A DNA stretch of 64,000 nucleotides from an uncultured Planctomycetia bacterium (GCA_964415355.1 CAYPYS010000001.1:283819-347818), one strand, 5' to 3'; numbered from the stretch's first letter, positions 1-15,000 are shown. Notes: generated by a model from the letters alone, not told the origin. Program-made: numbers and translations.

Positions 1-3000
1 ACTCAAAATTTTTAAACCATCTATTTCAAAATCTCCTCTAAATATCGAGGTGTATACCTCTTCAAGCCAATGGAAAAGCTCTGTCTTGCCGCTCAAGAAA
101 CTAAAAAGTCTTATATTTAAATCGAGCCTGTCACGCTTTGGCTGCCAGTCCTTTTCTTTTTCTCCAAAAATAGGGCCTGCGGCAGTTAAATAAAAATCCT
201 TTACGAACTCCACCATCACCTTTTCTTCAAAGCTGAGTGCATCATACTGCTTTTTAAGGTAACGTGTTATCATATTACCGAATTGAAAGTTAAACTGATT
301 ACTTCTGTCTCCCCATAAATCCTCTGCTGACTGTTCTTCCCCCCATAAAATAAAAGTACCCCATGCATTTTCATCAGCACCAAGAGCCAGGTCTTCAGTT
401 AAAACATCATGCTGTTTTAAATCTTGTCCTGAATCCTGAGGTATACGGTATATCGTGCGGGCTATTAAAGAGATTGCGCTCTTTAGAGGCACGCTTAAGA
501 AAAACCCAACTGTGCGCCAGCCAATCAAGGCAGAGTAAATAGAGACAAGGACTGTGGTAATTCTTACAAGATAAGGGCTTACCTGCGTGTTTGCTACTAT
601 CTTGTTCAAGGCCCTGGCCCATTTAAATCCCTGTCCTTTAACAAGAGAACCCACAGCAACTAATATGCTGCCTCCTGTAGAGGTCTCGTCATCCAGCACA
701 AAGAGCCAGGCATTTTTTAGATTGCCTATCCTTAAAGGCTTGTTCTTGCTGATAAAAATCTCATCTTTCTCGATATAAACATCCTTATCAGTTGTCCTGA
801 CCTTGGGCAAATATCCTGTATATATAGGAATGCTTTCAGGAGATATGATATATCTCCTGGAGATCATGATTCTTAGAATATTAGCTGCTTCCTTGACATA
901 GTGAAGCGCCCCTTTATCAGGCGCGAGCAGGACCAAAGGATTTTCTCTCAGCGTATCTATGATCTTATTGCTGCGCCTGAGCATTTCCGGCATATCCATG
1001 ACCTCGCCCTTCTTAGGCAATGATGCCCCGATCTCTTCAGCAAACACCTCAAAGAATAAATATTCAGCCAGCTGCACAAAACCATTGATATTTATCAGGC
1101 GTATATTTTTATATCTACTCAAGGACACAAGGCCGCGCTTTTTGCCCTGGCCTAGCCAAACCCAACCGCTCTCACGGCCATAATGCACATTGTTCGCAAA
1201 ATGAAGGTCTGTCAGCCAATCTAAAAGTAAAAGCATTGCCCCGGCTGAGATCACATCACCTTTTTTATCAGCCCTGTCCTTGCGCGCAAGGCCTTCATAG
1301 GTATCTATAAGCGAAATATGATTTACCCCAGCCCTGCGTAATTTGACAAGCGCCAGCAGCAGATAAATGACATTCTGGCTGTTCTCCGTAGAATGTATAA
1401 TAGCCACATCATCGCCCTTTTGTATATCCAAAGGAAGCGCAATATCATAATGAGCATTGCCATGATCGATGATCTGTATCATGCCATCCCTTGCCTTGAG
1501 ATTTTCAGCCACTCTCTGGGATTCAGCCTCAAACCTTGGTTGAATGCACAGTATCTTCTCTAGCGGGCCTCTAGGCATACTCTTGCTTCGACTTCTAGAA
1601 ATAGAAACTTCTTCTGTCCATTCTGTGCCATCGCTGCACATAACTTCATCGCCAGCATATCTCATCAACTCCAACAATATCTCATCGTCTTCCAGGATTT
1701 TTCCTGCCTCATCTCTTCGCGGCCTCCAGCTTAATAGTTTCAAAACAGCCTTCTTGGCTTTATATAATTTTGAGCCATCTGCGAGCAGGAGCACGGCAAG
1801 CACATTGTCATTCGAAGTCAACCCATCTTCAGAAACCAAACTTCGCTCAAGCTCTGCTTCAGACCCTCTAAGCTCTCGATAATTACTGATATTAATATTA
1901 GGCTCCCTATCCGCAAACTGCCCATACGTATACCTTAAGTTTACACTCTTACGTTGTTGAAGTGTAAACTCAAGGAGAAAAACGACGATTGCAACTGCTA
2001 GGACCATTACGATTACACACATAACAACTAGCATAACAATCCTGCCATCAGACCAGCCAATCATTTCGTTAAAGGCTAAATATAATGCTGCGTTATTGAA
2101 AAAGCCTGTATTACGGCTAGTTGGAGATACTTGTATATCGTATTTATGACTTCTGCCTTTTATGTCGCTAAGAGAACTAGCGCTACCGCAATGATCTAAA
2201 TGTTGTTTAACAGGAGCACTTATAGTAGCACTCTTTAACATAGCTAATACAATGACTACGGCTCTTTCTTCAGGAAAAACTCTTGCATAGACTCTTCTGC
2301 TACCTCTTTGTATTTCATAGAGACCGTGCTGCCTGCCATATTTCTTTGGAAATTTACTGTTAGAAGGATTAGCCAGTAAAGTCTCTAGCTTTCTTTGATA
2401 TTGCCTGGCTGAATAGTCACACTTATCAGTAACAGAATATACTTTAAATGTTAGCTTTTGCCTTTTTGAGCCTTGCTGTCGTAGAGATGAATTAATATAT
2501 TTCTCTCTAACTGGCCTATTTCCTCTGTTTCGTTTATTAGACTCTGGAGGCGGATCCTTGATTACATCTGATACCACTACATAAGGTTCTGGTTCACTCC
2601 TGCCTGTTTCGCCTATTGCTTCTTCCTCTTTTTTTCGAATATCAATCAAAAACTTTATAGGACGCCATATTGGCCAGGTTAATATCTTTAAGGCTTTAAA
2701 TATAAAAACAAATATTTCCCCTAAAACCTCAAAGACCCTCTGCATAAAATCCCATACTGGCAAGATAATATTTCCATATATCCATTTAATCCCTGAAAAA
2801 ACAGGAAGTATAAAATTGAAAAACAGACTAACAATGGCCAATGCACCAATAGCCATAACCATCATAATATTCTGTCCTGGTGTAAGGTTTTCTATTCTTG
2901 CTTCTATAAAGCCGATAACTAATACGACAAGTAAAGCTGTTACTATTGGAATTCCTATAACATCCCCTAATAGCGTATCAAGAAATCTATGCCTTACTTT

Positions 3001-6000
3001 ATTCCTTTCAACACACATCTTAATACCCTGCACTATCATCATTGAAACTAAGATAATAAGAGGCACGGCCCATATCAAATTATCAGCATTAAGGGGTGGG
3101 GCGTGGCGCCAGATGGCGTAGAGCAGGGCAGTTAATCCTACGATGAAATGCGAAGAAACCCTCCCAGAAGGATTTCTTATTTTGTCTATTATTCTTTCTG
3201 TATTTACCCTAGTACAACCCAAGCCCACGAGTACATCGTCGCTTAGATCGGGCAAGGCTATCTTAGCCTCTTTAAGCATGGCACGGCCTTCCTCGATAGC
3301 CCAGCCTCTAACATCAAGCGGCTCCATCAGATTCCATGCTATAGCAATATATACTTCTCCTGCGTCAGCCAAATCCAATCTACTTCTTGCAACGTCTAAC
3401 AGGAAACCTTCTTCTATATGAGGCTCTAGTTTGGTATTTAGTATTTTTTCTAGTATCGCCTTTCCTTTTTTAGCAGCCTCTTCTAATCTATTCTTGGTCT
3501 CAGCCTCTCTGAAAGTCATTAAAACCAATTTTGTCCTGGGCAATTTCGCTTCAGACCTAATCTCTTCAATTCGCTGCGGAGGCATAACCACCCCTGTCTC
3601 ACATTCTTCTATTATCTGACCTGTCTTCAGGCTATCTGTTAAAGAAGCATGCCTGGTATCTAAATAATAAAATTTTTGCCTTCGGCTGTCATACCTTATG
3701 CTTTCGTGGACCCTGGCATTTAAAAGATCTCGCGTCAACCAGTTTTCGCCATACATAGCAGCTACATCAGCAATAACAGCGCCTTGCGGCACGCGTATAA
3801 CCCTAAAATATCGCTTGCCTCTGTATTCCTTGCTTACAAAAATATAGACCAAATCCTCTATGCCTCCTAAAACTGCGTCAAAGTCCTTAACTGGATCGCC
3901 TGTAAACTCAATATCATCAGGAGTATATTTAAGATTCTTTTCAGTATTTTTCACTGTCCTCTCAACCTTATAAACCCAATGCGCAAGCGGCCCATGATAT
4001 CTATAGTTAAAATACTGTCTCTTGGAAGGAAATATCTGAAATTCAACGGCGATCTCTCTGGATCCAAATTCAACCCACTTACCTGCGTTGAAAGCCCTGT
4101 ATCCTACATCTGCCTCTCTTTTTTCTTCAGTTTGGCCCTTAATATCCTTTTGCCATATATCATAAATAGCCTCTATTGCTCTCCTGTAATCTTCTCCGTT
4201 TTTTGTAACAATCATTATGCCGCCCAAGTCTTTTAATGAAGCTACATCAGGATATTTTTCCTTTTCTATGACCTTTCTATAAGTCCGATACACGCCCTTG
4301 CATCTTCCTAAAACTTCGACTGATTTTATTACTGATTTTTTCAATATAGACTCGACATGCTTGCGCAACTTCTCGACCTCTTCCTTAGCCTCCTCATAAG
4401 TCATGCCAAGAATTTCTTCTATCTCTGCTATTGTCCGCCTATAAGCATCGGCATCATAAAGCTTAAACCATTCATCCTCTAGCGCCTCTGAAACTATATC
4501 AAGGCCGCGGCGTTCCGCAAGCGGAATATACAACTCATGCAATTCAGCCTTTAAATATTCTATTTCTTCTCTAGCATTAGCGTGCCTTATAGTACTTAAT
4601 CTATCCGCAAACGTAATAAGAAGGACCTCAAAGCGCCCTGCTAATTTCAATATCATATTCATCTGGTTATAGGCGTCCCATACGCTAGAATCAAGCAGCT
4701 TATAAGGAAGGGCTCGTATCATAGCATGCCTCTTAGTCATGAGGATCAATTCCTTGATCTGAGCAGGATCCAGAATATTTTCTTCTTTCAAAGAAGATCT
4801 AAGAACAGCGCTATCCAACGGGTGCAATAGACATGTGGCTATAAATAGATCAGGAACTTTTTCTGACCCAAAAGCATATTTATAAAATCTGATAAAGTTA
4901 CGGGTTACTTCTAATACGTGTTCTAAATAAAGCTCTCCGGAAGGATGGATCAGGTCTTTATATTTTTCCTCTGCGAAATCATAGATCTTTTCTATCAACG
5001 AGGTGTCTATAGAGTTTGACAGGATAAAATCTAAAACAGCTTTTTCTCTGCCATTAAACTTTTCTGATTTTTTGACTTCAGGAAAATCTTCCAATAAACT
5101 TGCAAAAACGCCTACTAGATAATCTTCTTTGTTCAAATCAAGATATCGCGCATACACAGATAAATATTGCATTGCTACTGAATGTTCTTCGCCAAATCTA
5201 GGGCTGGGGTTACAGATGCTTTGAACGAGCAGCTGCGGATCAAAATAGCCAGCTCTCATCATATATTGCCTGACAGACAACATTCTTAGAGCATCTCTTA
5301 ATCTACTGAAAGCTACTTTTAAATCATCATTATCTTTTATAGCATCGGCTATGTCTTTTTCCAGCTCAGCATTGAAAATATGCTCTAATAATGCACTATG
5401 CTCTGTTGCTTCTTCTGGGTTATATCTTGCCAGACTGGATATTTCCGGGAATTCTGCCAAACTAAAAAAGACCCTCTCTCTACCTAGAAGCACGGCCACT
5501 GTAAGACATGCTTCTAATGTTTCTGTCCTGACTTTAACCAAGGCCCTGAACTCTTTCAGTCTATCAAGGCGCCTATCTATCGCTACATCAACCATAGTCT
5601 CTGTAACACTCTTTATATCCAAGATATCAGGTGTTATACCTAAAACAGAAAATGCCCTTTCTAGCTCTTCCGTCATAGCCTTTTTTATATATGGCTTTCT
5701 AACGGACAAAGGACTGGATAAGATACGACTAATTTCTCCCCTATGACTTCTTAGGTTATCTTTTCCAGAGACAAATCCATAGTTTATAAAAAGAGTCTCG
5801 AGGCTTTTGGGATCCATAAGTCCCTCTATCAAGCCCATGACATAGTGTAAAGGCCTCTTGTCTCCGAATAATCCAACCTTATCAAATATCTCAACCCTTG
5901 CCTTAGCGTCTATTTGAGAAAGGACAGATGCGATCAAGACAGAAACCCAGCGCTCTCTAAGCTCTGCAACCCGCGGATTCGTTAAAGGAATGTCTTTGTA

Positions 6001-9000
6001 TCCAAAACCAAAAAGTCTCATAATTCTTTTGCATCTTATCTCAATGTTATTGACGAACTTTTTGTCCTTATTCCTTATATCCTGTAAATAGAGAAAAGCC
6101 TTTTCGAATAACAACACCTCTGTCAGGCTTTCGGGAATATTAAATACGTATGCATCTTTTTCAGAACTTAATATATATTCCTCATATTCATTTACTATCT
6201 TCTCTTGAATCTGGAATCGTTCTTCTGTCCTTACAGATTTACTGTTTCCAAAGCCTGCAAGCTTCCTGATCCCCTTTCTTACTTCATGCCTTACCTCTTT
6301 AATCAAATCTCCATATGCCGAAGCCAGTTCTCTATCATTGAATCTTAAGGCATATGCCATAGCAAAATACCCTATCCATAAAAGCGTCACTGCCCCGTCT
6401 AGATTCTCAAGCTGGCTCTCTACGCTCAAAACATCCAACGTCCTAAGACTATGGAGCCTATCAACTAGTTTTAGCATTACGGCTTTGTTTTCATCCTTAT
6501 GCCTTGCCGCTCTATATAATGAACTGTAGAATAAATGCTTTTTTTGATTACCATGTTCGTCTCTTTCGATTGTAAGCAACTCAACATACCTAGCCACCCT
6601 GTCTCCAAAGTTATGCTTTATCTCTCTGACTGTAGCTAAACCATCTTCGGGCAGATCATGTAACAGAGCAGCCATTATAATATCGATATCCAGTTGACCA
6701 AGCACCATAACTATCTCTGCTACAGCCGCAGGATGGCCTATCTCAGGAGTCCCTCTTTTCCTAAAACTGACCTTTTTTACCTGCGCAAGCCTTATAGCTA
6801 AAAAATCATATGCCTTTTTTATTAGCCGCATGTCTCTTTTGTCCACTTTTTCATCAAGAAGTTCTTCGATTCTCTTAAAATAACCCAGTTCAACGCTCTT
6901 GGTTCTAATATAACGTGTTAACAAGATCCCAGAAAAGAACATAATCAAAATCATCATCGAAAATACAACAAGATTTACTATCAGGTTTGGGTCATTTAAA
7001 AATCTATATAAAAGTAACGCGAGGGCCTCCATGGCGATTATTTTTAGCGTCAATAACTGAAACCCTGTAACGATAAGACTTGTAAAACTCGGAATAAATA
7101 GAGGATCCCATCCCCTGGTCTCGATAGTATTCTTTACTAATAAATATATGACCCTCTTTTGTATAAAACTGTCGTATAAATATCTCTTCTCGAGGAACGG
7201 CTTCATTTTTTCCGGGCAAATACGATAAAAGATATGTTCCGAACAATAATCTTCAAACCTAGCTATATTGATATGCTCTTCGTATTTTTCTGTAGCAATG
7301 GCTCGCGGTTTATGTAGCAAGAAACCCAAGATAACCAAAATAACTGGATCAAATACTGTAAGGATAAAGAATAATGCCATTATTAGATATGCAGACATAG
7401 TAACCGGGACCCGTTCTGCGATCAGCGATGTGATCACAAGCAGAAACATTAAAAATAAAGCGACAAAAATAAGATCTCTTTCTCGAAGTCCAGTTAAAAA
7501 TGACCACTGCATTGTTTCTTCTTTTTCACGAACAGGATATACATTCCTGATAAAGCTGGCAGCTATGGCAGTGAAAAATAAAATTAATAATAATAAACCC
7601 AGACCATATGAAAAAATAAAAGAAAACTTGCCAAAGCGAAGAACAAAAATAGACCCTACAAGGATTATAAGTAAGGGCGCTGAAATCCAATATATTATCC
7701 TGCCTATCCTGAGCATAGGGTAACTATTCGCTATAACATGCAAAATAATAGATAGGGCAAAGAACATTGGAATAAATAAGTCTACAGAAGGTTGCAATAA
7801 CCCCAATAATGCCGTGCTGACAATAGTAATAAATAGTCTTCCGTCAGAAAATGCAAAGGTGAGTTTTTCTTTGAAAGAATTTTCTTTTGAGCGAGGAATA
7901 TGCAAGAGGTGCCAGAAAATACGCGCACATAAATATGCTAGAATTACTGGCGGGCCATGCGCAAAGGGTATACCAAATGCTCGGCTTAGCAAGAGAGCCA
8001 GGCCGCAGACAAATATTGCTTCTTCAACAAGGGCTGGCGCAAGCGCCTGGCCTATAAAGCCATGCCCGATCTTATCATATAACCACTGCAGCCATGGAAA
8101 ACGCCCACCAAGAACCTCCAGATCTCCTTGTAGAGATTCTAATTCTTCTTCATATTCAATAAGGTCATCGACCAGGTCCAATGATATAGCAGCCAACAGG
8201 TCGCTAAAAGCCTGCGTTTTGTCATGTTTGTTATCTAAAAATGAAGACAAGGATGCCCCTCCGCTAGATAGCTCAGCCTTAGCTTCATCAGCTCTTGTTA
8301 TACGCGCCTTGGCATTACTAAGATCACCAAAAAGACGTCTTTTTGCTGGGTCTGAATCAGAAGCTTCTACTAAGTCCGCTAATTCATTGCGAGCTCTTTT
8401 TTTATCTTGAACAGCCTCTTTTCTGAACTGGCTTATTTCTTTCGATAATTTTCCCCTGGTGCTTCTTACTTTTCTTCTAGCCTTTGCTATTTCTTTCTGC
8501 TTCTTCCTTATTTGTTTTTGAAGTTCATCATCCTCAGTCATCCCGAATTCAGCAAACATACTCATCTGCCCAGGAGAAACCCTGGTTTTTCCGCGTCCCC
8601 TCCACGCCATCGCAAACATGAAAGCTGTAAAAATCACCATCACAAAATCAGCTCTAAGTATACTTTCAACATTGTTGAAAGTATACTTAAGCAGGGCGAA
8701 GATGATAAAAGGTAGTGCTAGTGAATATAGAGTGATATACTTTTTCTGCACAGCCTCCGATACTCCCTGGCTCTTATAAGTTTCCCAATTAGATGCAGAC
8801 CAGATCTCAATAACCCCACCCACCCCTGCTATAACGACTTTGCTTAATCTCTTTATGCCGGCCTCTTTGCATAATCTACTACCTAATGGTAAACATCCAT
8901 TACTATTAAACCCTTTCCCTCCTTTATCAGGAATAACTCTGATATAAGACAAGCTCTTATCTTCTCCTATCAACAGCTTAACTTTTCCATCTGAAGATCG

Positions 9001-12000
9001 ATCTAATTTATTCCGAATAGCTGCCGGAATTAGAACTCTATATCTAAAATCTAAACGCTTTTTATAATTACTCATAAATACAGAGCCTATGAAAATAGTA
9101 TTATTTGCTAAAGTATAAGGAGAGACAAGTTTTGCAGTCTTGGCAGCGACCACAAGAGCATTAGACGGAGGGAAAAACCAAAGTAGCAAGAAAAAGAAAA
9201 GGCCTACGCATAATCCTATTATAATTAGAACAATGCCTGCTCTTATGCCCATTCTAGTGATATTACTTGCTGCGCCCCGTGCCTCTCCTACTTTGCGAGG
9301 ATCTAAATGCTTTTCATCGATCAATGCTATTTCTTTTTTATCATAACCTCGTCTCTCTAACCAGTTCTTTACAATATGATGTATGCCTCTATAAATTATA
9401 TATAAGACAAGGCCTGCAATAGTTATTATAAGCAAGTTATATAAACTTAACCCTCTCCCCATACTGTAGGTCAGGTTTAAACCTGACCTACAGTATGGGG
9501 AGAGGGTAAGGGTGAGGGGAAAGAAATATAATAGGATTGAGACGAAGTCATTTTTATTTCTTTTTCTTGGAGGGCTTCTGCCAGCATGAAACTTTCGTTC
9601 TTTAGTTCTTAGGGGTGTTTGTCCATGAAATTCTCTCAATGTATCTGCATCCTTTTCGTTTGCAACTGCGATAGTTACTGAGTCTCCTTGCCTAGATCCA
9701 CCATTATTACCTTGATCACTGCCAAAAGAAGTATCTTTCCATGAATCCCTAAGGCGTGGGTCAGGATTATCATTTCCTCTTTTTCTTCTTCTTTTCTTAA
9801 AGCTTTTCTCTATGGCTGGCAGGAATAATTGTTCTGCAAGGCTTAGGGTCAGCTGGGCTTCCAGGTTATCTATTATCTGAAAGCCACCTTCTAAGTCAGT
9901 GATCCAGCCGCTTATAGTAGTATTAGTATCTGTATTATCTCTAGTTATAACATCATCCATTATAGACTCACTTGTAACTAGGCCTTCATCTAGCCTTAAG
10001 TCAGAGCGGGTTACCTCTATAGCGCCCTGGATATCACTTACAGCATCCTGGATCCTCTTCTTGGGAGAATCTAGGTTTTCTACAGCCCTGGTCCTTTTCC
10101 TTATGCTTTCACCTAACTCATCAGGGTCTTTGGTCTCTGATATCTCTGGTAACTCAGGGGATGAGATATCGATATCTATTTTTTTAGGTTTTCCTCCATT
10201 AGTAGGCTCTACTTTTACAGTTACTGTGCCTCCTAATGCCTTTTCTCTTTCCAGCTGGTTTAGCTCCTCAAGGTCTTTCCAGAGTTCATCTATCACTCTT
10301 TCTTCATGAAGCCTTGCTGCCTCTTTAAGGCTCTTTAAGCGTGCTCTTATATCTTTTTGGACCCTTAAGGCTTTTTGTTCAAGGCTGCGTGCTTCTATGA
10401 TGATCCTTTGGGACCTTTCTAAGAGTAAGTCATCGTTTTTATTGAGGCTCGCTATTATTACCTCCACCATTCTTTCTATGTCTTTAACCATACCTTGAGT
10501 AGCCTTATATTCTTCTTCTAAAGAGGCCTTGGCCTGATCTAATCGTTCTTTATTATGGTCATGTTGAGTTTGTGCTTCTAGCCTTAACTCTTCTACCTGG
10601 AGCAGGTGTCCTTTCTTCTTTTCCTCCACTAGCTCTTCCAAGAGCGTTATTCTCTTTACCAGTTCTTTTAAAGCTCCTTGTGAGCTTTTTTGGGTCTTGT
10701 GTAAGAGCGCGGTAGCTCTTCTTCCTATCTCATTGAGGTTCTCCCTTGCTTCTAAGGCTTTTTGCATGACTTCTTCACTTGGGTTATCTAGATCGATCTC
10801 TTCGAGGGCTAAAGTGGCAGTTTTATGCTCTTTTTGTGAGAGAGTAGCTAACTCTAGAGATTCATTATTGGTCCTTTCTACTAATGTCTCTACGCCTCTA
10901 GTGAGAGAAGCTAATTCATCTTTTACGTGGGAATCTGCTTCAGTTAATATGTCATTCATCTCTAGTAATAAGGTATCTATATCGCTGTAGCTTGTTACTA
11001 CCTCATCTGTCAGGCTAAAGACATTGGCTAACCTTAAGGAGAGTTTTTCTATGGCTTCTTTATAAGTAGGTCCTACATTGCTTAAGGCTTTTTCACTCTC
11101 TCTTCCTATATCCAGTGCAGTTTTTAAGAGTTCGCTGAGCCTTGAGGCTATTTTCTCGATATCTTTCTGGTAACTTGAGTGGTCTATGGGTTCAGTTTGT
11201 ATGATCTCCCTTAGAGAAGAGAGTATGGTAACCAGGTTCTCTTCTGCGCCTACTACAATAGTTGATGCCCTCTCGAGTAATGCGTCATTGATCTTTAATG
11301 AATCTAAGGATATAGAGAAGTTAAGGCTTTTCTCTATCCTGGAGAGCCTTTCATCTACTTTATGGATCAGTCTTGTCAGTTCATTTGATAGGTTCTCTAG
11401 CTCTATCTCCCTAGCTTCTAATTCTCCCTCTCTTTGTAGCCTAAGGCTTCTTATCTTTATGCTTAATTCATTTATTTCTCTTATTATATCAGTCAAGGCC
11501 TCTTGTTTTTCTTTTAGGCTTGATACCCAGTTTTGTATCTTCCCTAAAGTCTCTTCTGTCTCTTGATTCATGTTCTCTGTCTCTAGTTGAGCTTTTTCAA
11601 GGAGCGTCTCGACCTCTCTTATGATCGATAGGATCTCTATTTCTATTTCATCTAATTCTTTGGTTACGCTTGTTATATAACTCTCCAGTTCTAATGATGA
11701 CTCTTCTATTTTCTGGGAGTCTTTATTTAAGGAGCGGGTGAGGGTACGCAGTTTTTCAGCATCTATCCCTTTACTCATTATCTCTATCATGTTTTGGTGA
11801 GACTCTTCTATGGCTTCTTTTTTTTCTTTTAGTTTTTTTCTATATTCAGAGACTTGCATTAAAGTTATGATGAATCTAAATAGGTTGGCAAGGTGTCTTG
11901 ATAAGAAGCTTGAAAGAGCTTTTAGCATACTAGCTAGAGTCCTGGTGAAAGTTCTTTCGCTTTTTATTACACTCTTACTAAATAAAACAGGTAGTTCAGT

Positions 12001-15000
12001 GAGAAGAGAAGAAAGAGTCATGAATAAGTACCAGACTTTTAGCATAGCTGGAGTTATGCCCTTTGTATTTACTAACACTGCTGTTAGAGTAAAAAAGATG
12101 ACTAGATTTACAGTCATGTGATAGGCTTTATCTCGCTTGTTCTCTATATCAGGGTTTAAGAAGAAGCTATATATAAAAGGTATCCTTGAAAGAAGTATCC
12201 AGGCTGTTATGAGTGAAAGCGCGAATAAGCCTGCGATAGCTCCTTCTAATCCTCCGAATGTTATGTAGCCTAGGTATGCAGAACCAGATACTGAGCCAAG
12301 GAATGTGGTTATAGCTCCTAATACCTTTGCTATAGTGGGTATCCTTCTACGCAGGAGGTGCCAATTAATGCTATAGTCTCTACTTGAGTCTTCACTAAAG
12401 GCTTCTTGTGTATTAAATAACTCTTTTAGGTGATTTTGTAACTTTTTTGCCTCTTCTAATATCTCAGGTGCTAATTCACCTCGTCTTTTGTGCTTATATA
12501 GCTCTAGTAAGGCTTTGAGCTTACTATCTATTAGAGATATCCTCTCTCCCTCCTCTTTATTTGCAGTCTCAGATGCTTTTTCTAAGAGATTATTTAATGC
12601 ACCTATACTGCGTGTTAGGTCTATACCTTTAGGAGACGAAAGGCCTTCTTTTATGAGGCTAAGGAGCTTTTTTGCCTCAGAGATATACTTTTCTGCTTCA
12701 GAGGTGGTTTTGTCTGAGGCCTGGGTAGTATCTGGCTGGGATTGGGTATTTTTTACAGGCTGAGCAGCTTCTCTTTCTTCGGCTATGTCATTCTGAGCTT
12801 CAAGAGGAAGTGCTTGAGGCTCTGCACTCTCTCTTTTGGGGAGATGGATGGGTGAGGGGCTGGTTTTTCTCCTTACCTTCCACATGCGGATCTCGATGAA
12901 GCCTCTGAGCTCTTCTAAGAGTTCTTTTGCTTGAGGCTCATCTAGCTTTCTTAGCTTTTCTAGTAAAGCTTCTCTCTCAGATTCATCTGCTACTTGGTGG
13001 TAATATAGGGCGAGCATGGCTTTCATATCGATATATCTGGAATCTATATCATCTAACAATGTCTGTATAATATTGACTTTTTCTTTTCGCTTAGATAATT
13101 TTGATATCTCAAGAAGCTTCTCTGTCGTGTTGCTAAAAATAGATTCTGGTGTTCCGCGTAGAAAACGGGAATCCTCTGACCACAGGACTATATTGCGTTT
13201 AAACTTTGAAACAACAAGTACAATATCAACTGCTATATCAAGAACCTTGTTTAGATTGCCGGGATCATTCCAACTTGTGAGTAACTTGCTGCGCATGGCA
13301 AACTCATCATATCTCAGATGAAAACAAGCTATGCTCATTGTAACCGGGTCTTCTTCGCATACAAAATTACTGAAATCTGCCACACTTGGCTTCTTAACGT
13401 GAGTTTGTCTGATGCGATCACGCATCTCATTTGCCAGTTTTACAGCTTCTCTATCAAATTCATCTGCATTGTCAGGCGCATTAATGTCCTCTTCCAAAAG
13501 CCTGCTGAAAACTAACGGGAGCGTCCTTCTTGCCAGCTCCAGCGCGCCGCGTATCTCAGCGCGCATGCGAGAATCTTCCGGATCCACTGCAATAGCAATG
13601 GTGACATTGTCGCACGGATATGCAAGCAGCCACAAGACAACTTGCTCTTCGTTAACCCCTATCCTAGCAATTGTCTCTGAAAAAATATCGCGGATAACAC
13701 TTAATATTATCCTGTCATCATTGAGCAACTTGTTAAAACGCCCCATCATCCTATCCACGTCAACATCAACAAAAATAATGTCCTGCTCGTTATCTATCCC
13801 GTCTTGTAATAATTTTGTTAATGCAACCCGGCCATACCTTAACTCGTCTTTTTGCTCTTCTTCTATTACCGTAATCTTTTTAGCAGCTACACCTGTGGGC
13901 AGTGCTAGGTTGAAGCTAGAATCCATATCAACTATCGGTTCCTCCGCGACCTCTATCATCACCTCTTCACCCTGATTCCTGGTTTCGTATTCAGCAGCTG
14001 CCTGCTCAGCCATTGCGAGGATTTTTTCGCGCTGCGCCGCAGGTACAACAAGCCGCAATGGACGAATAGTCAAATCTTCAACTATTCTTGTCTCAGGCAC
14101 AGTCTTTTCTAATACAGGTACATGATCGACATCCTGCGCTTTTTGATAGACCAGCCACACTGTCCTGTCGCCTGATATTTTATCTTTATATTGTAAAATA
14201 TCTTCGTCTCCTATGGCGCTACTCATTGTTCGAACCGTCTGCTCTCTTTCGTCTGCATTATAACTAACATCTCCTCCTTTTCCGTAACCAACAACTAGCG
14301 TACCGCCAGGCTTTAATATCTCGGCTGCTTTCTCAATAATCTTTATTTTCTTATTATGATCTACAAGACCGGAAGACAGCACTTTTCGCATAAGAACAGC
14401 ATCGACATCAGTAAGATCTGAATCAAGAAAATCGCCTTTTATGGCCACATTGGGGCAAAATTCCGGCACATAATTTTTTAAGAGTTCGGTCTCACTAACT
14501 CCTGGTTCATAAACCGTGACATTCGCGCCTTTTAGATCCGCAAGGAAAATAAATATCATGTCATAACCCGCTCCGACTTCTACAATATCCATCCCAGGCT
14601 TTACATCTAACTTATCAATAGCGCTAAGATAATCAGGGACTATATCAGAAAATTGGGCAACAAGGCGAGTTAGTTTACCCACAATATCTTTCGGTAATAT
14701 CGATTCAGCGTCAAAAATATTGATCAGCTCAGTGAAATAATTCTTTACATCTTGCACAAGTGGCTCGCTTAACTCTAAAAATATATCCTGATCTTCAGAC
14801 ATCATAGAAGTAGTCACATGTAGAAATAAAGCCGGAAGGCTCGGGACAAAACCATGAGTATGCGCCCTTGCCATGACATCATAAGATAGCATGCGAGTAG
14901 CATTAACAGAAGAAAGCGACTCAAGCACTTCCTCCTGGCTATTTTCATCCAGCTGCAAGAAGTCATAGACTTCCATAAGCCTGACCATGATCTCCTGAAA

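Noticed and set aside
8770-9075. Stand-alone mraZ gene starting at ATG 9075 (likewise stand-alone pfk, gmk, prs, rel)
   Set aside because: No flanking stops seen; contiguous in frame with neighbouring modules. Internal initiation cannot be excluded.
8655-9507. Hairpins as rho-independent terminators or gene ends
   Set aside because: The frame reads through them without a stop, and no clear U-tract follows on the coding strand
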